Assembly: GCA_964458115.1 (NCBI GenBank)
Contig: CAYWIC010000003.1
Span: 1,255-65,254, forward strand
DNA: 64,000 nucleotides
Reading direction: 5' to 3'
DNA from: an uncultured Anaerolineales bacterium
Lineage (GTDB): Bacteria; Chloroflexota; Anaerolineae; Anaerolineales; UBA11858
Below are positions 33,587 to 43,084 of the stretch, piece by piece. The notes beneath the pieces are model-generated. The model was not told the DNA's origin. It saw nothing but the letters and a program-made list of their open reading frames with translations, and did no database searches. Numbering within the stretch: position 1 is the stretch's first letter; every line of letters starts with the position of its first letter. The translations under genes were made by a program, and so were the position numbers.

Positions 33587-34201
33587 ATGCCTACATTCTT
33601 ACTCATTCGTCACGGAGAAAATGAATACGTTGCCAAAGGGCGATTGGCTGGCCGGATTCCTGGTGTGCATCTCAACGAAAATGGGGTGGCACAGGCCGAA
33701 GCCTTAGCCGAATCTCTTGCTAACGCCCCGGTCAAGGCCATCTATGCTAGTCCATTAGACAGGACCATGGAGACAGCTCAGCCTATTGCCAAAGCCCTCG
33801 GGCAGGAGATCATTTCAGAGCCTGGGTTGCTGGAAGTTGACTTTGGCGACTGGCAAGATAAGACCCTCAAGCAATTACGCCGCCGCAAGCTATGGAGAAC
33901 GGTCCAGAGCAGCCCGTCGCTGATGCGCTTCCCAGAGGGTGAAACCTTCGCAGATGCGCAACAACGGATTGTGGGAGCGATCGAAAAACTCAGTAAGCAG
34001 CACAAACCAAAGGACTTGGTCGTCTGCGTCTCGCACAGCGATATCATCAAATTAGCCGTAGCCTATTACCTAGGTTTACACATCGATCTCTTCCAACGCC
34101 TGATGATTGCACCAGCCTCGATTTCGACTTTGCATATCGGGGAAAATCATGCCCGGATCATCAATCTAAATACCAGTGTAAAATCGCTCGCAGCAAGCTA
34201 A
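33587..34201 (+). CDS. Histidine-phosphatase superfamily protein (MSMEG_4193-type putative phosphomutase)
   Basis: FLLIRHGENEY (RHG motif) and CVSHSDIIK (second His). Start trimmed to ATG 33587 from track 33515. Genomic partner of the next two genes. Confidence 0.8.
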   Translation: MPTFLLIRHGENEYVAKGRLAGRIPGVHLNENGVAQAEALAESLANAPVKAIYASPLDRTMETAQPIAKALGQEIISEPGLLEVDFGDWQDKTLKQLRRRKLWRTVQSSPSLMRFPEGETFADAQQRIVGAIEKLSKQHKPKDLVVCVSHSDIIKLAVAYYLGLHIDLFQRLMIAPASISTLHIGENHARIINLNTSVKSLAAS

Positions 34202-34295
34202 GCGCTACATGCTCAGCTTGGCAACGTTCATCATTGCAATGGTATACTCTCTATAGAATGTCTCTACAAAAACAAGTCTCTACGCGAGATACTCA

Positions 34296-34344
34296 CTGGA
34301 ATATATAGGGGTGGTGGCTCCGTCATCACCCCTATATATTCCAG
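34296..34344. repeat. Hairpin related to the 8985-9037 element
   Basis: CTGGAATATATAGGGGTG...CACCCCTATATATTCCAG (18-bp perfect stem, extendable with G-U pairs). It shares GGAATATA(A/T)AGGGG(A/T)(T/G)GGTGG with the other copy. Preceded by two direct GTCTCTAC octamers. Confidence 0.75.
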
Positions 34345-34382
34345 CGAACTCTCCCATCTCATAGAATTATTCCAAGAAAATC

Positions 34383-34955
34383 ATGCCACAAGAAGAATTC
34401 AACCTACAACCTGTAGATCACATCACCACCGACGCAATCGGCCCTGCTGGCCAACGCGTTTTCTATATCCAGGCGCAAAAGGGACACCAGACCATCACCC
34501 TTCTCGCCGAAAAATTCCAGGTGCAATCCCTGGCGGTCGGCATAGAACGATTTTTGGAAGAGATCGATGAAAAATACCCCGAGCTTCCGGCTGCCTCGGC
34601 CGATTACGTCGAAGATGCCATGCGCATCCACCCCCCGGTAGACCCAGTCTTCCGGATCGCCAACATTGGGCTGGGATTCAACATCGATGAAGATCTTATC
34701 GTGCTGGTCATACATGAACTGGTACCTGAACTCGAAACCGATGAAGATGACGATGACGAGTTTGAGTCAGAAGAGCCGGAAATCGAGGCCAGCGTTGCCC
34801 GGTTCTGGTGCACTCGCTCCCAATTGCTGGCAATGGGTCTCTGGGGGATCGAAGTCTCATCTCGAGGCCGTCCGTTATGTCCCCAGTGTGGGGAACCCAT
34901 GGACCCCGAAGGCCATTTCTGCGTCAAGAAGAACGGTGGTCACCGCCGCGATTAA
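34383..34955 (+). CDS. DUF3090-type protein with C-terminal zinc ribbon
   Basis: ITTDAIGPAGQRVFYIQA...TLLAEKFQV...RFWCTRSQL...GRPLCPQCGEPMDPEGHFCVKKNGGH matches my memory of the Actinobacteria/Chloroflexi DUF3090 family. Confidence 0.75.
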   Translation: MPQEEFNLQPVDHITTDAIGPAGQRVFYIQAQKGHQTITLLAEKFQVQSLAVGIERFLEEIDEKYPELPAASADYVEDAMRIHPPVDPVFRIANIGLGFNIDEDLIVLVIHELVPELETDEDDDDEFESEEPEIEASVARFWCTRSQLLAMGLWGIEVSSRGRPLCPQCGEPMDPEGHFCVKKNGGHRRD

Positions 34956-34964
34956 CCTATTCCC

Positions 34965-35705
34965 TTGACTGAAGCACTGTCTACACTATCGAAAGATAAA
35001 GTCCTCGCGGCTCTCCAGCGCGGGGACTTATCCCTTGAGGGGGAGTTCGTGCGCGGCTATAACTATACCTTTCTGATGCAAATCGAATATCAGAAGGATA
35101 CTTTCAAAGCTGTTTACAAACCTCAGGAGGGTGAACAACCTTTATGGGATTTTCCAGATGACACCCTGGCCCATCGGGAAGCGTCTGCCTATCTGGTCAG
35201 CGAGGCGGTGGGATGGGGGTTCGTGCCTCCAACCATCTACCGGGAAGATGGTCCTTTCGGCCCGGGATCGCTGCAATACTTCATCGAACACAATCCCAAC
35301 TACCACTACTTCAACCTGCGAGAGCAGGATTTTCAACGCCTTCTCCCGGTAGTACTCTTTGACCTGTTGATCAACAACGCCGACCGCAAAGGCAGCCATA
35401 TGATCTTTGGGCCCGAAGGGGAATTGTGGTTGATCGATCACGGGTTGTGCTTCAATGTGGATGAAAAACTGAGGACAGTAATCTGGGATTTCGCCGGTCA
35501 GCCAATTCCCGAAAACCTGCTTGACGACCTGGTCAAATTTAAGGATGGTCTGGAATCTAGCCCTGAGTTGGTCCGCGCCTTGGGGGAACACCTTTCTCCC
35601 AGCGAGATCAATGCACTAATGGTCCGCGCCCTGCGACTGATCGAGATAGATGAGTTCCCCTACCCACCCCAGGATCGCAGAGCCTATCCTTTTCCACCGT
35701 TATAA
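34965..35705 (+). CDS. SCO1664-family protein (PI3/PI4-kinase-like catalytic core)
   Basis: LINNADRKGSHMIF and LWLIDHGLCF are kinase-like catalytic and DxG motifs. TTG start in the track, no clear SD. Confidence 0.75.
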   Translation: MTEALSTLSKDKVLAALQRGDLSLEGEFVRGYNYTFLMQIEYQKDTFKAVYKPQEGEQPLWDFPDDTLAHREASAYLVSEAVGWGFVPPTIYREDGPFGPGSLQYFIEHNPNYHYFNLREQDFQRLLPVVLFDLLINNADRKGSHMIFGPEGELWLIDHGLCFNVDEKLRTVIWDFAGQPIPENLLDDLVKFKDGLESSPELVRALGEHLSPSEINALMVRALRLIEIDEFPYPPQDRRAYPFPPL

Positions 35706-35708
35706 ATT

Positions 35709-36716
35709 ATGGAAGCTAAAACCCTGAACGCCGCCCTGGCTGGTGATCGACAAGCTTTTGGACAGCTCGTAGAACCCCATCGCAATGAATTGATAGCCCA
35801 TTGCTACCGCTTCACCGGGTCGGTGCAGGATGCCGAAGATATGGTGCAAGAGACCATGCTGCGCGCCTGGCGCAAACGGGACACGTTTGCCGGTCGAGCG
35901 ACATTTCGAGCCTGGCTGTACAAAATTGCCACAAATGCTTGTCTGGATACGCTAAAGAAAGCTTCACGACGCACACTGCCCTCAACGATTCACCCCCCAG
36001 CAAACCCTCATGAACCTTTTGCTCCGCCCATCAATGAACCGATCTGGCTTGAGCCGCTCCCTGACGAGGTGCTTTCTGGCATCAGCATCACCCCTGAAGC
36101 GCGCTACAGCCTAAAAGAGAGTGTGACTCTGGCCTTTACCATCGCCATTCAAACTCTACCGCCACGACAACGCGCCGTGTTATTGCTCAGAGATGTGCTC
36201 GGCTGGCGCTCACGCGAAACTGCACAAGCCCTCGAGATCTCTCTTTCTGCTGCGAACAGTGCCCTATTCCGGGCCCGGCGAACCATGGAAAAAGCAGGTG
36301 TGTTTTCAATAATTCATGAACCGAAAGACCCTGTTGAACCATTACTCAAGCAATATATTCGCGCCTGGGAAACTGCCGATATCGATGGGCTGGTCAAGCT
36401 AATCAAGGAAGATGCCAGCTTTGTGATGCCACCCTCGCCGTCCTGGTATTTCGGGAGAGAGGCGATTGCGACTGCCATCGGAAACATGCTCTTGGCAGGC
36501 GAAGCTCGCGGTCGCTGGCATCTGGAGAGAACGCAAGCCAACACCCAACCCGCGTTCGGATTTTATCGGCTCGATGAAACAAGCGGAGAATATCATCCTT
36601 TCGGGGTGCAAGTGCTGACTATCGCTGGAGATGAAGTCGCTTCGATTAGTCACTTCTTGAATGAAGGTCTGTTCAGGCGCTTTGGTTTGCCAGAAACGAT
36701 AAGTCCCCGGGGCTAG
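35709..36716 (+). CDS. ECF sigma factor with C-terminal SnoaL-like extension (ECF41-type)
   Basis: Region 2 HCYRFTGSVQDAEDMVQETMLRAW. Region 4 LPPRQRAVLLLRDVLGWRSRETAQALEISLSAANSALFRARR. ~130-aa extension YIRAWETADIDGLVKLIKEDASFVMPP. ATG lies 3 nt after the upstream TAA. Confidence 0.9.
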   Translation: MEAKTLNAALAGDRQAFGQLVEPHRNELIAHCYRFTGSVQDAEDMVQETMLRAWRKRDTFAGRATFRAWLYKIATNACLDTLKKASRRTLPSTIHPPANPHEPFAPPINEPIWLEPLPDEVLSGISITPEARYSLKESVTLAFTIAIQTLPPRQRAVLLLRDVLGWRSRETAQALEISLSAANSALFRARRTMEKAGVFSIIHEPKDPVEPLLKQYIRAWETADIDGLVKLIKEDASFVMPPSPSWYFGREAIATAIGNMLLAGEARGRWHLERTQANTQPAFGFYRLDETSGEYHPFGVQVLTIAGDEVASISHFLNEGLFRRFGLPETISPRG

Positions 36717-36748
36717 CCGGGGACTCATCCAACCATCGCAGGAATTTG

Positions 36749-36997
36749 CTACCCTTCATTGATGGCTTTGGCCTCGCTGTATCCATCATAGGCGAAAAAG
36801 ATATTCATAAAGAATACCGTGCCGAACATGATGGCATACAGGTTGGGGGCAACATCTCTGACCTGGAACTCAAGCCAGCTCAGTACTAATGCGCCAATGG
36901 TCAGGCCAATCCCGAGGGCTTTCCGGTTCCCATTATAGAGGGTTCCAGCCCCCATCAGGAAGAAATTCAGCAACGCAGCAAGCCATGGTTTTTTCAT
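36749..36997 (-). CDS. Small two/three-helix membrane protein (82 aa)
   Basis: MKKPWLAALLNFFLMGAGTLYNG... is hydrophobic. No family assigned. Confidence 0.55.
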   Translation of the reverse strand: MKKPWLAALLNFFLMGAGTLYNGNRKALGIGLTIGALVLSWLEFQVRDVAPNLYAIMFGTVFFMNIFFAYDGYSEAKAINEG

Positions 36998-37088
36998 CGT
37001 ACACTACTCCTTTCATGATGATAGTTTGCTTATATGACGACAAACCACTCAAAAACTGCGCGAAATTGGTGAAAACAAAGGAGAGATC

Positions 37089-38117
37089 ATGCCCCACTAT
37101 AATCTGGCTATTTTAGGCTTTGGCAATGTTGGTAAAGCGCTGTCACAATTGCTGCTCAGAAAACAAGCTGACATTCAGTTCCAACAAGGAATTACCTTTT
37201 CTGTCACCGGCATCGCCACCGGCAGCCATGGATTGGCTGTTGATACAGAAGGAATCGATCTAAATGAAGCCCTTCAAATCATCAACACCGGAGAATCTCT
37301 AAACCCGATTTCCAATCTAAAATCTCCGCTCGCTACTCCACAAGATTTCATCCAGCAATGTGGCGCGGACGTGCTCTTTGAATCCATACCCGTAAATTAC
37401 GAGACTGGCCAGCCCGCCGTGGATCTGCTCCGCTCTGCTTTGCAGGCTGGCATGCACGTTGTTACGGCGAACAAAGGTCCGGTGGTGCATGCCTATCAAG
37501 AGCTGACTGAGCTGGCGGAATCAAAAGGGCGCAAGTTCTTCTTCGAATCCGCGGTGATGGATGGGGCACCGGTCTTTGCAATGTTCCGTGAGACATTGCC
37601 AGCAGCCAAGTTGCGCGCCTTCCGTGGGGTGCTCAATTCCACCACCAACCTGCTGCTGACTCTTATGGAAGAGGGTCAAAGTTTCGTGGAAGCTGTTGCA
37701 CATGCTCAATCGATTGGCATCGCGGAGACAGATCCCAGCGGGGACGTCGACGGGTGGGACGCAGCGATTAAGGTCTGCGCGCTGGTCACAGTGTTGATGG
37801 GAATCCCCCTCAAGCCAGAAGATGTAGAACGCACGGGTATCCGGGAGATAACTCCAGAAGATATCGCCGAAGCTCAATCTGAAGGAAAACGCTGGAAACT
37901 GGTTTGCGAGGCTGTTCGGGAGCATGATCGAGTTCGGGCACGGGTAGCACCCCAAAAGGTCGGCATCGAATCGCCCCTCTATGGGGTTACGGGAACAACT
38001 TCGATAGTGGAGTTCGAATCCGATGTTCTGGGGAATCTCTCTTTGATCGAAACAGATCCCAGCCCTCACACCACAGCATACGGCATGCTGGCGGACTTTC
38101 TGAATGCAGTAAAATAA
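37089..38117 (+). CDS. hom: Homoserine dehydrogenase (short form without ACT domain)
   Basis: ILGFGNVGKA NAD fold, VVTANKGPV, FFESAVMDGAPVF. SD GGAGAGatcATG. Confidence 0.75.
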   Translation: MPHYNLAILGFGNVGKALSQLLLRKQADIQFQQGITFSVTGIATGSHGLAVDTEGIDLNEALQIINTGESLNPISNLKSPLATPQDFIQQCGADVLFESIPVNYETGQPAVDLLRSALQAGMHVVTANKGPVVHAYQELTELAESKGRKFFFESAVMDGAPVFAMFRETLPAAKLRAFRGVLNSTTNLLLTLMEEGQSFVEAVAHAQSIGIAETDPSGDVDGWDAAIKVCALVTVLMGIPLKPEDVERTGIREITPEDIAEAQSEGKRWKLVCEAVREHDRVRARVAPQKVGIESPLYGVTGTTSIVEFESDVLGNLSLIETDPSPHTTAYGMLADFLNAVK

Positions 38118-38121
38118 GGCT

Positions 38122-38832
38122 ATGAGCCCTCTCCAAGAGTTAAACTGTGCAAATTGTGGCGCTACTCTGGCAATTGATGCACCAAAAGGCAGGGTGATCG
38201 ATTGCGAGTATTGTGGGACATCCTTCCGCGTGCCATCATCGTTGACCCCGCAACCTGAATTAGGTGACCTGATTTTAGGCGCAGATTTTCGTGACCCTGA
38301 GGTTCCCGGTTGGGTGATCCCATACAAAGATAAAATTCAATTCAAGAACGACCAGGGGCCCGAGCTGTGGGCAAATTTCGAGCCCGCAGATGTGATCTAC
38401 CCTGCAATCCGCACGCCTGGCTCCTTCGATGATTTCGATATCAGCGTCACCATCCGATTCATCGAGGGGAATTATGAGCAAATGAGTGCTGGTTTCGAAT
38501 TGCGCTATGGAGATATTGGTGATTATGTTTTCCGCATCTCAGCACAAGGCACCTTCCAGATTGGCTGGCATAAAGAAAAGGAATGGGGCGATACGTTGGT
38601 AAAATGGACCACTCACCCAAATTTGCGCACCGAAATTGGCGACGCCAACCGGCTACGGGTTGCTCTGCAGGGAGAAAAAATTCGGGTCTATTTGAATGGG
38701 GTTCTGGCAACTTCATTACGGGATAATCGATTTGAATCGGGGCTCATCCGAGTGATCGTCTCTCCCGGCTATGAGAAACCGAATACAGTGGTCGCTTATT
38801 CTGACCTGCAATTACGCGAAACCGCCAGTTGA
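38122..38832 (+). CDS. Zinc-ribbon protein with C-terminal concanavalin-like beta-sandwich (DUF1080-like?)
   Basis: N-terminus CANCGATL...CEYCGTSF. C-terminus RLRVALQGEKIRVYLNGVLATSL. Starts 4 nt after the hom stop. Confidence 0.6.
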   Translation: MSPLQELNCANCGATLAIDAPKGRVIDCEYCGTSFRVPSSLTPQPELGDLILGADFRDPEVPGWVIPYKDKIQFKNDQGPELWANFEPADVIYPAIRTPGSFDDFDISVTIRFIEGNYEQMSAGFELRYGDIGDYVFRISAQGTFQIGWHKEKEWGDTLVKWTTHPNLRTEIGDANRLRVALQGEKIRVYLNGVLATSLRDNRFESGLIRVIVSPGYEKPNTVVAYSDLQLRETAS

Positions 38833-38912
38833 GGGGACAATAGGGGGATACAACTGCCTTTGGTACAATAGAAGCACTATTAGTGTAGTGACCCCCAAGG
38901 AAGGAGGTCGCC

Positions 38913-39791
38913 ATGAAGACATCCCGAGTATGGCCTGTGTTTGTGGACGCTTTGCGTGCCCTGGGAAAACAATACTATCCAGCAATGGACAGTGTCATGA
39001 CCAAAGCTGGCTTAGATGGAGGAATTGGGGGGCTCTTACTGACCCTCTTCACATTCGATCCTGTCCCCGTCTCCAATGAAATCCTTCAAAAAAGAATGCC
39101 CTATCAACAGTATTCCGAAAGACTGGAGAATACAGCTGAATTGGGGTTGCTGAAAGCCGTCGGCGAAGGAGAGTTTCGACTTGCTGAAAAAGGTCGCTCT
39201 CTCGTAGTAGAAGCGATTTCGGCAGCCTATGCCTGCATGCAACAGCTTGACCCTATGGGGCCCAATGATTTGCATTGTTTGAGCGTGTTGCTGCATCGTC
39301 TGGTGAAGGCTAGCTACGCATCACCCGATCCGCCTGGTAAATGGAGTATCGCACACAGTCGCCGCATCGATCCTGGAGAAAACGCTCCCATCCTAGTACA
39401 GATCGATCAATATTTGAGCGACCTGATGGCCTATCGCGATGATGCGCACTTAGCAGCCTGGCAACCCCTGGGTCTCGACGGGCCAACCTGGGAAACATTG
39501 TCGCTTCTCTGGGATGAGAGAGTCGAAACCCTGGATGAACTGAACGAGAAACTGCGTTTCCGTGGGCAATCAGAGTCAGTCTACGAGAAGGCACTGAATA
39601 CGTTGAGCGATAATGGCCTGGCAAAATTGTCCAAGGGGACGTACAGCATCACGAAGAAGGGGAGGAAAATGCGAGAGCAGGCCGAACTACTCACCGAGGA
39701 ATATTTTTTTGCCCCCTGGGAATGTCTCAGTGAGGAAGACTTGGAAACCCTGGAGAATCTACTGAAAGTATTGGCAGATGGTTTAAATTAA
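38913..39791 (+). CDS. Hypothetical protein, possibly tandem winged-helix modules (292 aa)
   Basis: Strong SD (GGAAGGAGGtcgccATG). ELGLLKAVGEGEFRLAEKGR and DNGLAKLSKGTYSITKKGR resemble wHTH wings. Confidence 0.6.
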   Translation: MKTSRVWPVFVDALRALGKQYYPAMDSVMTKAGLDGGIGGLLLTLFTFDPVPVSNEILQKRMPYQQYSERLENTAELGLLKAVGEGEFRLAEKGRSLVVEAISAAYACMQQLDPMGPNDLHCLSVLLHRLVKASYASPDPPGKWSIAHSRRIDPGENAPILVQIDQYLSDLMAYRDDAHLAAWQPLGLDGPTWETLSLLWDERVETLDELNEKLRFRGQSESVYEKALNTLSDNGLAKLSKGTYSITKKGRKMREQAELLTEEYFFAPWECLSEEDLETLENLLKVLADGLN

Positions 39792-39820
39792 CCAGACTTG
39801 CTTATCTCGCAGATAAACCG

Positions 39821-39897
39821 TTGGGCGGAGGCTGAGCCACAGTCGAAACTCTCAAAATTACCTTCGAATTCGGCATACTCCGCTCAGGCATTTGACA
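39821..39897. repeat. Dispersed structured element, copy E2 (short relative of 28321-28492)
   Basis: TTGGGCGGAGGCTGAGCCACAGTCGAAAC...CCTTCGAATTCGGCATACTCCGCTCAGGCATTTGAC. Confidence 0.4.
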
Positions 39898-39946
39898 TGG
39901 TTTCTTTTCCGCAACTCAAGACAAATTTTGTTGCCCACTGGGAGTT

Positions 39947-39992
39947 AAAATGAGGATGCGATGTTGTAAAGAGCCATCGCATCCTCATTTTT
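39947..39992. terminator. Bidirectional intrinsic terminator between convergent genes
   Basis: AAAATGAGGATGCGATG-ttgtaaagagc-CATCGCATCCTCATTTTT. Confidence 0.85.
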
Positions 39993-40022
39993 ATTGGGAA
40001 AGGGGGAAAAATAGGACGTTGA

Positions 40023-41795
40023 TTATTCTACGGGAATCGCCTCTAACTGCTCGACCATCTCCTTGATCACATCAAAGCCGCCTTGCCAGAACTCAGGCTT
40101 GGTGATGTCCAAACCGGCCTCAGCGCAAATTTCAACCGGGGAGGCTGAACCACCTGCCTCCAAAATCTTGATGTAACGCGGCTTGAAGCTATCGCCCTCA
40201 GCTTTGAATTGCTTGTACAGCGATAGGACGAGCAATTGTCCAAAGGCATAGGCATAGACATAGAAGGGATAATGGTAGAAGTGGGGAACTGAGACCCATT
40301 CCCATTTGAATTCATCGCTCAGCTCAACAGCATCCCCAAAATGCTTCTCGATGTTCTCCATGTACGCTTCGGAAAGTTGGTCAATGGTCGCGCCTTCAGC
40401 AACCATATTGTGGGCAGTCACTTCGAACATGGCGAAGAAGGCCTGGCGCATGATGGTGGCATAGGCATCATCAACCTGGCGGAAGAGGATATCGCGACGC
40501 ACCGCAGGATCATCTTCTATCTCAAGCAGACGATCAATCAATAACATTTCTGCAAACGTGGAAGCGTTCTCTGCCATGGGCAGTGAGGAGTGGAATGTGA
40601 AGACATTATGATCGAAAGCCAGCATGGCATGGATAGCATGCCCCAATTCATGGGCTATCGTGCCCACATCGGAAATCTTGCCTTGATAATTGATTTTGAC
40701 GTAAGGTGTGTGGCCGGGCACAGTTGACGCACAGAAAGCACCGCTCTGTTTGCCTTTTCTAACTTCACTGTCGACATGATCGTCATCGAATACTTTCTTG
40801 GCCAACTCAGCAATACGTGGTTCAAAATCTTCGAAAGCATTCAAGGTCAGTTTGACGGCTTCATCATACTCAAAGGTTTTATCCGCCTCAGCTACGGGTG
40901 CATAGATATCATATCGACGCAGCTTTTCCACACCTAACCATTTGGCTTTGACATTGAAATAGCGCTGGAAGATATCAGCATTCTTTTCACAGACATCCAG
41001 AAGAATTTTGACGACATCATCCGGCACATCATTGACTAAATTGCGGGCAGAGATTGGTGTGGCATAGTTGCGCAACTCGATATTTTCGGCCTGCCAGTCG
41101 CGGATCAGTGTCTGGTACATCTGACCCAAAATGGGACCATCATCACCATAGATTTTGTACATTTCCTGATAAGCCGCTTCACGTAAGTCGGGATCAGCCC
41201 CCTGCACGTAAGTAGTCAATTCGCCACGCGTCATTTCTTTGACTTCGCCATCGATTTCGAGTTTAAAAACGTAGCGGTTGGTGATGGCATCGTATAAGGT
41301 CACCAATGCCTGAGCCCCAGTAACATCTTTGATATTGACGATTTTCTCTTCGGGCTCTGTAAGAATATGGGGCTTAAAATGTCGCATCTCTTCTAACCAA
41401 TACGTGTAACCGTCAGAGATGGACATAAGTTTTTCAGCAACCTCGACATCCAGGTTTTTCCACCAAAGGGAGAAAAACAGGGTCTGGTTCTGCAATTTGG
41501 CCATGAACTGCTGAACCTTGGCATACAACGCCTGAGCATCCTGACTTTGGGTGTCAGCGGAAAACCACAAGCTAGGATAAGCATATAGGTTGTAAGCAGC
41601 TTCAGTAGCACCTTCCAAGGCTTTGATGGCATCCATGAAATCCTCGAAATCGATTTCGGGGGTCAATTTGTCACGAAAGGCCTCAAATTCAGCAGCTTTT
41701 GCCTCTAGATCCTCGAAAGCCTTTTCGATCTCCGGCCCATCGTGGGAGGGGAACAAATCTTCCAGGCTCCAGGGAGATAATTTATATTCGCTCAT
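40023..41795 (-). CDS. pepF: M3B oligoendopeptidase F
   Basis: HELGHAIH zinc motif and overall PepF-like length. Start trimmed to MSEYKLSPWSLEDLFP (ATG 41795). Confidence 0.9.
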   Translation of the reverse strand: MSEYKLSPWSLEDLFPSHDGPEIEKAFEDLEAKAAEFEAFRDKLTPEIDFEDFMDAIKALEGATEAAYNLYAYPSLWFSADTQSQDAQALYAKVQQFMAKLQNQTLFFSLWWKNLDVEVAEKLMSISDGYTYWLEEMRHFKPHILTEPEEKIVNIKDVTGAQALVTLYDAITNRYVFKLEIDGEVKEMTRGELTTYVQGADPDLREAAYQEMYKIYGDDGPILGQMYQTLIRDWQAENIELRNYATPISARNLVNDVPDDVVKILLDVCEKNADIFQRYFNVKAKWLGVEKLRRYDIYAPVAEADKTFEYDEAVKLTLNAFEDFEPRIAELAKKVFDDDHVDSEVRKGKQSGAFCASTVPGHTPYVKINYQGKISDVGTIAHELGHAIHAMLAFDHNVFTFHSSLPMAENASTFAEMLLIDRLLEIEDDPAVRRDILFRQVDDAYATIMRQAFFAMFEVTAHNMVAEGATIDQLSEAYMENIEKHFGDAVELSDEFKWEWVSVPHFYHYPFYVYAYAFGQLLVLSLYKQFKAEGDSFKPRYIKILEAGGSASPVEICAEAGLDITKPEFWQGGFDVIKEMVEQLEAIPVE

Positions 41796-41908
41796 AATCG
41801 TTTCTAACCTTCCTATTTTTATATTTTCTTTCACAACGAGACGTAATTATACTCGATTAGGATTACCCTCCCACGACGAAACGGGTTCAGTGTGCAAAGA
41901 AAAATAAA

Positions 41909-42493
41909 TCACTCAAGTCTTAGCTTTTGTAATGCTGGAAGGTTGTCCTCCAACTCAGGGTTCAGAGCATAATACTCTTCCCTTAGCAAATCCATACTGA
42001 CGTTATCATACAGCTTTCCCCCTTTGAAAATTGATTCCCGCTGACGATATGACAGCTTGAAACCCAGTTTCTCCGCTGAGCCAATGGCACGCGGGTTCCC
42101 GGAGTGTGTCCAGAGACGCACAACGCGCACACCCTGCTCCTCGAACAGGAATAATAACAAAACTTCCAGCGCGTCGACGGCCGCACCGGTCCCCCAAAAC
42201 TCCTTGGCAATCATAATGCCAATGGTCACATCCCAGCGCAATTTTAGTCCAGTGTAACTGATATAGCCGATCTTCTCTCCAGATTCTTTGTTATCTATGA
42301 TGAATCGCCCATCATCCCGACTGTAAGAAAACTCGCGTTGCTCGAATTGAGTGAGAAACATCCTCTCAGTGTAATCCGGAGGCAGAGTCTTGCTCCAGGC
42401 TTGTGTTTCCAGATCATTGCGTAGATCAACCAAAAATTGCATATCTTCGGGGCGTTGTTCACGCAAAATCACGGTGTTTCCTTCCAAAGCCAT
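41909..42493 (-). CDS. GNAT N-acetyltransferase (RimJ/RimL-like)
   Basis: VILREQRPEDMQF..., IAKEFWGTGAAVDALEVLLLFLFEE, ...NPRAIGSAEKLGF. Start trimmed to ATG 42493, just after the upstream stop. Confidence 0.85.
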   Translation of the reverse strand: MALEGNTVILREQRPEDMQFLVDLRNDLETQAWSKTLPPDYTERMFLTQFEQREFSYSRDDGRFIIDNKESGEKIGYISYTGLKLRWDVTIGIMIAKEFWGTGAAVDALEVLLLFLFEEQGVRVVRLWTHSGNPRAIGSAEKLGFKLSYRQRESIFKGGKLYDNVSMDLLREEYYALNPELEDNLPALQKLRLE

Positions 42494-42495
42494 GA

Positions 42496-43056
42496 CTACG
42501 CTCCCTTCCACTGCTGCCATTCAGGGCGCAAGATGTCCACCCCGATCCAATCATAGTATTCACCATCTCGAAATCCCGCCCGGCGCATCTTCCCATTCTC
42601 TTTGAATCCGAGTTTCTGCGCAAATGTACGCCCAGACTGGTTCCACTCACTCATACCCCCAGCAATATTATGGGCTTGAGTGTGATCAAAGAGGTAACGC
42701 AACAACAATTTCAGCACCTCTTCACCAAAGCCTTGACGTTGATAATCGGGAGCAATAACCAGGGAGATGTTTGGGCAATGGGGATCCCACCCCCAGTCGC
42801 AGTTGGCATGCCCAATTACTTTGTCTATACCGCTGGCTACAACGGCCAGATGGAATTGTTTCTCCGCTTTGCCCCATTTTTCAATAACTCCATCAACCTG
42901 TGATGCAGAAAGCGGCAAATTATGCGGGACACTCCATGGGATATAACGCCGTCCTGCCAACACTGGGTGATTTAGATAAGCATGCAAAACTACCAAATCA
43001 TCAGGCTCGAATGCCCGTAAATAGAAATGTTCTACACTGAATAAATCCAGGTTCAC
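42496..43056 (-). CDS. GNAT N-acetyltransferase
   Basis: YLRAFEPDD..., IAPDYQRQGFGEEVLKLLLRYLFD, ...NQSGRTFAQKLGF. Confidence 0.85.
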   Translation of the reverse strand: MNLDLFSVEHFYLRAFEPDDLVVLHAYLNHPVLAGRRYIPWSVPHNLPLSASQVDGVIEKWGKAEKQFHLAVVASGIDKVIGHANCDWGWDPHCPNISLVIAPDYQRQGFGEEVLKLLLRYLFDHTQAHNIAGGMSEWNQSGRTFAQKLGFKENGKMRRAGFRDGEYYDWIGVDILRPEWQQWKGA

Positions 43057-43084
43057 AATTCACTCCCTTTGGTCTGTCTGAAGT

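Noticed and set aside
37521-38327. 268-aa minus-strand ORF
   Set aside because: It is antisense to the homoserine dehydrogenase gene and the following zinc-ribbon gene, both with clear motifs. It has no motifs and an odd composition.
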